A stretch of DNA of 18,070 nt from Promethearchaeota archaeon (GTDB lineage: Archaea; Asgardarchaeota; Lokiarchaeia; Sigyniarchaeales; SOKP01): contig JAEOTS010000183.1 in NCBI GenBank assembly GCA_016839745.1, positions 1 to 18,070 of the forward strand. Reading direction: 5' to 3'. Positions 14,428-18,070 of this stretch are shown here, in pieces. The stretch's first letter is position 1, and each line of letters starts with the position of its first letter. Below the pieces are notes generated by a model. It had not been told where the DNA came from and did no database searches. It saw nothing but the letters and a program-made list of their open reading frames with translations. Position numbers and translations under genes: made by a program.

Positions 14428-17388
14428 TTATATTGGAACACGGGAAAAATAAGAAACACTCTCATCTAATTGATCTAAATACATCTTTCTTTTTCCAGGT
14501 AGAACTTTTTCTGTTAGAATCTTTGCTTTATCATAGCAAGTAGTTGCTTCCTCAAGCATTCCTAGACTTTTATAACATTTCGAAAGTTTTAAGAATGTGT
14601 GAAATGCAAACCATCCAATTGGATTCATCTCTAATGCTTGATAAAATTTTTCTATAGCTGCCTCGTACTTCCCTGAAAACATCAGAATTTCACCGTAAGT
14701 ATCGAAGAGATTCGCGTCACGCGGTTCTATTTCAATTGCTTTTTTAATTGTCTCCAAAGCTTCATCGAATTTTCCTAACTCACTAAGATATATAGATAAG
14801 TTGTTTAACATAGCTACCATTTCCGGGTAAATTTTAATACTTTCTCTAAGAAGTCTAACTCCTTCTGCTATTTTTCCCAACACATAATAAGAGAACGATT
14901 TCATCTGGCGAATTTCTTTATCATTCTGAGGAAATTTCTCAAAAAATTCATCGTAGAGCGCTAATACTTCGTCTTGCTTATCGCTATAAGTTAAATATAT
15001 GTGAGTTTTTGTACTATGAATATCAAAGTGCTCCGGACTTAATTCAATTGCTTTATCGATTGTTTTTATTGCCTCGTCAAAGCCATCTGTTTCGTTTAAT
15101 ATATAACTTTCCAGTTGATAATACCTGGACAACTTCTTCTCGCTTTGTTCCATTGCTTTTGCTTTCTGAAATTCTTCTCTAAATAATTCTTTATTAGCTT
15201 TACTTTCATCAAAATTGTAAACTATGTTGAATCCGTGAACTAATCCAGTAATAATATGAGAAAGTGGATGATTTGGATAGTGGAATCTAACCTTGCTGAC
15301 AATATCTAAAGCTTTTTCAAATTTCCCCCTTGCTACATATGAAAATGATAAAATTAAATACGCAGCAGTGTCAACTCGAGGATTGCCTTTAAGCAAATTG
15401 AACTCAACGGTCTGTTTAATCCAATCTTTTGCTTGCTTATACTTATGGGTTACCGTGTATAATATCGCTTTCATTATTGAGAGTTCTGAATCGTCAGGAT
15501 TCGAATCTATAAGTGAATTTATCAATTTTAAAGGTTCGTCATAGATTTTTGTACAGCAATCCGTCATACCCACTAGAAATTTAGTGCGATTTAGCGCAAA
15601 ATTATCTGGATAGTCTTCAATTATTTCATCGATGAGTTCTTGGGCTTTATCGTGATCGCAATTAATTAGAACTTGCGCTTTTTGGGAGATTAACAAGATA
15701 TTAAATGACATGTTCAAACCTAAATCAATAACATCCAACGCATCCTTGAATCTTCCCATCAAGAAATAAGTTATAGATTGAAAAAGATATCCTACATATT
15801 CGTTGGGATATTTCTCTATGATTTCATTAGTTAATTCTAGCGATTCTTCTAATTCTCCGTTATATGTTAAAGTTAAATCCTTAAGGATCATCAGTTCAAC
15901 ATCGTTTAAATTCTTAAGATTATCCTTAAGTAGATCGTTCACTTTCGATAAGTTTCCTTTCGCTAACTTTTTCTCAATCATAGCTAAAAATTCAGCATTC
16001 TTAGAAAAATACGCTTTCTTAAACTCATCCATGCGGATAAAATCTATTTTCGAGAAATAAATTATGTCCAATGTATCAAAGATCCTATTATGCAAAAAGT
16101 AATACGATTCGTTGTCTACAGGTTTGTTTATCGTACTCGCCGTCTCCGATGTTCCAAAACTCTGAATTACCTCGAATACATTTTGAAACGCTATACCCTT
16201 TATTTTATCCGTATGGTTGATTAAACTCTTCTCCGTTTCAAACGTATAGGCTAAATGTTCAATATATTCGATTAAAAATTTCCGGAGTGCCGACTTCAAA
16301 TTTTCATTGAATAAATTACTACACAGATCTTCTAAAGCGTCGTCCAGTAACTGGTTGATATCAGGGGCATCGTATTTATCTCCATTTTTTTTCTGGAACT
16401 TGCTCAAGTATGTGAATTTTCTAATGTAGTCCTCGATAATTACGCTTAACATCTTGTCTAATCTCTCTTCAGCCTGAATATAATACGTAATTTTATCATC
16501 TACTTTTAGTTTAAAGAATTTAATAGCATATAACTTATCTTCCACGATTTTTTCTATAAAAAATTTTAATGTCGTCAGTTTTATATCATACTCTAACGCA
16601 AAATCATTTGCTGTTATGTAATTAGGGTAGTTGTCAGGATGGTTTATTGATAAGAATAGCAAAATTTTATCAAAATCTTCCTCGTCCGATAAGGTAGCCT
16701 CTACCTTAGTATAATCTAACCTTAAAACCATATTTAAGAAACGATATCGAATTTCGTTGTCGTCTATTTCGTATTCGTCAAAGAATTTGCCTACCTTATC
16801 TGTAATAACTTCAACCCTTTTAATTTCTTCGTCTAATATCGATTGGCGATCTAAATCGTACTTCTTTAACATTTTGAAGTATTCAGTTTCACCGTCCCTC
16901 GTAATACTATACTCGCGATTATTTTTTTCAATAAAATCTTTGTCTAATAAAATATTCAAGTTTTTTGATAATGAAGATTGATTGATTGAAAGAGGGGGCT
17001 CAAGAAAATCTGACCACTTACAATAGGCATTGTTATAAAGCATCCAGAGAATCCAGTGATCGTATTCCCTAGTTTTTGTAATAACCTCAGGAGGATAATT
17101 CAAAGAAGTCTCTAATGTATCTTTAACCTGTAACTCAGTGTATTGTCTACGACCTTCAGAAGTTATCCTATACTCTCCCTTCTTTTCCTTCTCAATAAGA
17201 CCATTATTTTTTAAAATTGTCAGATATTTTGACAAAGTTGCAGGGCTTATATTAACAGGTTTAGACTTGAATTCTGACCAAGTGCAAGATTCGTTGTTAT
17301 AGAGCATCCAGAGTATAATATATTCAAAATCTTTGTTGATTTTCATAGGTGTAATTATCCCTTCAGGTGGGTATTTTGTGATACTCAT
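14428..17388 (-). CDS. Multi winged-helix (wHTH) + tetratricopeptide repeat (TPR) protein, putative transcriptional regulator
   Basis: Two clear N-terminal wHTH repeats (ISPATLSKYLTILKNNGLIEK...YRITSEG; INQSSLSKNLNILLDKDFIEK...YSITRDG) and many C-terminal TPRs (e.g. MLNNLSIYLSELGKFDEALETIKKAIEIEP; LFDTYGEILMFSGKYEAAIEKFYQALEMNP). Confidence 0.88.
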   Translation of the reverse strand: MSITKYPPEGIITPMKINKDFEYIILWMLYNNESCTWSEFKSKPVNISPATLSKYLTILKNNGLIEKEKKGEYRITSEGRRQYTELQVKDTLETSLNYPPEVITKTREYDHWILWMLYNNAYCKWSDFLEPPLSINQSSLSKNLNILLDKDFIEKNNREYSITRDGETEYFKMLKKYDLDRQSILDEEIKRVEVITDKVGKFFDEYEIDDNEIRYRFLNMVLRLDYTKVEATLSDEEDFDKILLFLSINHPDNYPNYITANDFALEYDIKLTTLKFFIEKIVEDKLYAIKFFKLKVDDKITYYIQAEERLDKMLSVIIEDYIRKFTYLSKFQKKNGDKYDAPDINQLLDDALEDLCSNLFNENLKSALRKFLIEYIEHLAYTFETEKSLINHTDKIKGIAFQNVFEVIQSFGTSETASTINKPVDNESYYFLHNRIFDTLDIIYFSKIDFIRMDEFKKAYFSKNAEFLAMIEKKLAKGNLSKVNDLLKDNLKNLNDVELMILKDLTLTYNGELEESLELTNEIIEKYPNEYVGYLFQSITYFLMGRFKDALDVIDLGLNMSFNILLISQKAQVLINCDHDKAQELIDEIIEDYPDNFALNRTKFLVGMTDCCTKIYDEPLKLINSLIDSNPDDSELSIMKAILYTVTHKYKQAKDWIKQTVEFNLLKGNPRVDTAAYLILSFSYVARGKFEKALDIVSKVRFHYPNHPLSHIITGLVHGFNIVYNFDESKANKELFREEFQKAKAMEQSEKKLSRYYQLESYILNETDGFDEAIKTIDKAIELSPEHFDIHSTKTHIYLTYSDKQDEVLALYDEFFEKFPQNDKEIRQMKSFSYYVLGKIAEGVRLLRESIKIYPEMVAMLNNLSIYLSELGKFDEALETIKKAIEIEPRDANLFDTYGEILMFSGKYEAAIEKFYQALEMNPIGWFAFHTFLKLSKCYKSLGMLEEATTCYDKAKILTEKVLPGKRKMYLDQLDESVSYFSRVPI
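16867..17373 (-). repeat. Intragenic duplication of the wHTH domain (aa ~6-86 and ~98-174)
   Basis: Shared YPPE.I, ILWMLYNN..C.WS.F, LSK.L.IL, IEK, EY.IT..G...Y. Confidence 0.9.
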
Positions 17389-17408
17389 ATATAAAGTGTG
17401 TATGAGAA

Positions 17409-17430
17409 ACTATTTAAGTATTTTGTTCGG
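17409..17430 (-). promoter_or_regulatory. Putative BRE/TATA promoter of the wHTH-TPR gene (leaderless)
   Basis: The minus strand reads CCGAACAAAATACTTAAATAGT; the TTAAATA is centred about 26 nt upstream of ATG 17388. Confidence 0.45.
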
Positions 17431-17490
17431 GCGAATGTTCGAAGTTCGTTCGAACTTCATAAAGTTAAACTATATAAAAACTGGCGAACA
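17424..17490. promoter_or_regulatory. Operator-like cluster: perfect inverted repeat GAAGTTCG-TT-CGAACTTC (17441-17458) plus further GTTCG/CGAAC copies; TATA box TATATAAA at 17471-17478
   Basis: GTTCG at 17425, 17437, 17444 and 17448; CGAAC at 17451 and 17485, all in an otherwise very AT-rich divergent intergenic region. Confidence 0.65.
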
Positions 17491-17554
17491 CTATAAAATT
17501 AGCAACAAAAAAGAAAAATAAAAAAAATATAAAAAAAGGAAGTGATGAGAAAAG

Positions 17555-17833
17555 ATGGCCCAAGCAGAGCAAAAACAAGCCAGTATTAATAGTCAAATCC
17601 ATTTCCAGATCCAAGCACCTGAGGTTGCTACACCTCAGGTGTTGGTCAAAGGGATCGAAGCTCCCGGGATGGAGAGAGATGAATCACCAATAATTAGCAA
17701 AAAACTCAGGAAACTGTTTAATAAAGTTAAATTAAACGCGAAAATTACCGAGGAAGTCAAATGCATCAAATATGTGAAGGCGAACATTGACACAAAAGTC
17801 TTTACGCACGTAAATAACCTACCCTATTATTAA
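17555..17833 (+). CDS. Hypothetical small protein (92 aa)
   Basis: Preceded by TATATAAA (17471) and SD-like GGAAGTGA (17538-17545), followed by a long T-tract. No recognisable domain or signal peptide. Confidence 0.75.
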   Translation: MAQAEQKQASINSQIHFQIQAPEVATPQVLVKGIEAPGMERDESPIISKKLRKLFNKVKLNAKITEEVKCIKYVKANIDTKVFTHVNNLPYY

Positions 17834-17838
17834 TTGAA

Positions 17839-17854
17839 TTTTTTTTACTTTTTT
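17839..17854 (+). terminator. Oligo-T terminator after the 92-aa ORF
   Basis: A T-run, then AC, then a second T-run, beginning a few nt after the stop codon. Confidence 0.5.
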
Positions 17855-17937
17855 AAAAAATTTTTTCAAAAAATAAAAAATAACATAACCAGGAAAAAAA
17901 AATAGAAAAAAAGCATAAACAAGGAGGTATGAAGCTG

Positions 17938-18012
17938 ATGAGAAGAAACGAGATAAAAGAAAGCAAACTTGCGAGAAGTATGAAAGTAGAGAATTTATTT
18001 TTGAGGATATAA
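17938..18012 (+). CDS. Putative 24-aa micropeptide MRRNEIKESKLARSMKVENLFLRI (not in the ORF track)
   Basis: Perfect SD AAGGAGGT at 17921-17928, 9 nt before ATG 17938 (in-frame ATG also at 17929); double stop TAATAA; T7 tract at 18024-18030. Confidence 0.55.
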   Translation: MRRNEIKESKLARSMKVENLFLRI

Positions 18013-18070
18013 TAAAACAAAAATTTTTTTAATTAACCACCAACAAGAAAGAACAACAAAAAAACAATAA

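Noticed and set aside
17424-17490. Resemblance of GTTCG/CGAAC to the Gram-positive LexA box (CGAAC-N4-GTTCG)
   Set aside because: Half-site order and spacing do not match the LexA box, there is no lexA or SOS gene here, and the context appears archaeal.
15293-17521. Plus-strand ORFs 15293..15544, 15803..16060, 16757..16981 and 17333..17521
   Set aside because: Antisense to the wHTH-TPR gene. The last one runs through the divergent promoter/operator region and has no SD.
17835-17920. Alternating T and A runs as a structured ncRNA or repeat array
   Set aside because: Low-complexity homopolymer runs, adequately explained as a terminator followed by an A-rich leader. There is no repeat-spacer periodicity as in CRISPR.

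Overview
AT-rich window that most likely comes from an Asgard archaeon (Lokiarchaeia-like). This assignment is an inference from the gelsolin-domain gene, archaeal TATA/BRE-like promoters, oligo-T terminators and a multi-wHTH/TPR regulator. From left to right it holds: a 5'-truncated TauE/SafE permease; a crotonase-family protein; a UbiA-family prenyltransferase; an ABM-like small protein; a three-gene MoxR AAA+ ATPase / VWA (MIDAS) / SWIM-zinc-finger operon; three alpha/beta hydrolases; an MFS transporter; a gelsolin-domain protein with two C-terminal SAP/HeH-like repeats; and a large tandem-wHTH + TPR regulator. The regulator is transcribed divergently from a 92-aa ORF and an unannotated 24-aa ORF, across a promoter rich in GTTCG/CGAAC repeats. 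The most interesting items are (i) the gelsolin-SAP/HeH fusion, (ii) the wHTH-TPR regulator with operator-like palindrome and small-peptide genes, and (iii) the MoxR-VWA-SWIM module, which has a non-canonical Walker B and an AAA-lid-like segment on the VWA partner. I saw no rRNA, tRNA, CRISPR array or mobile element. All family calls are by motif recognition, not database search.
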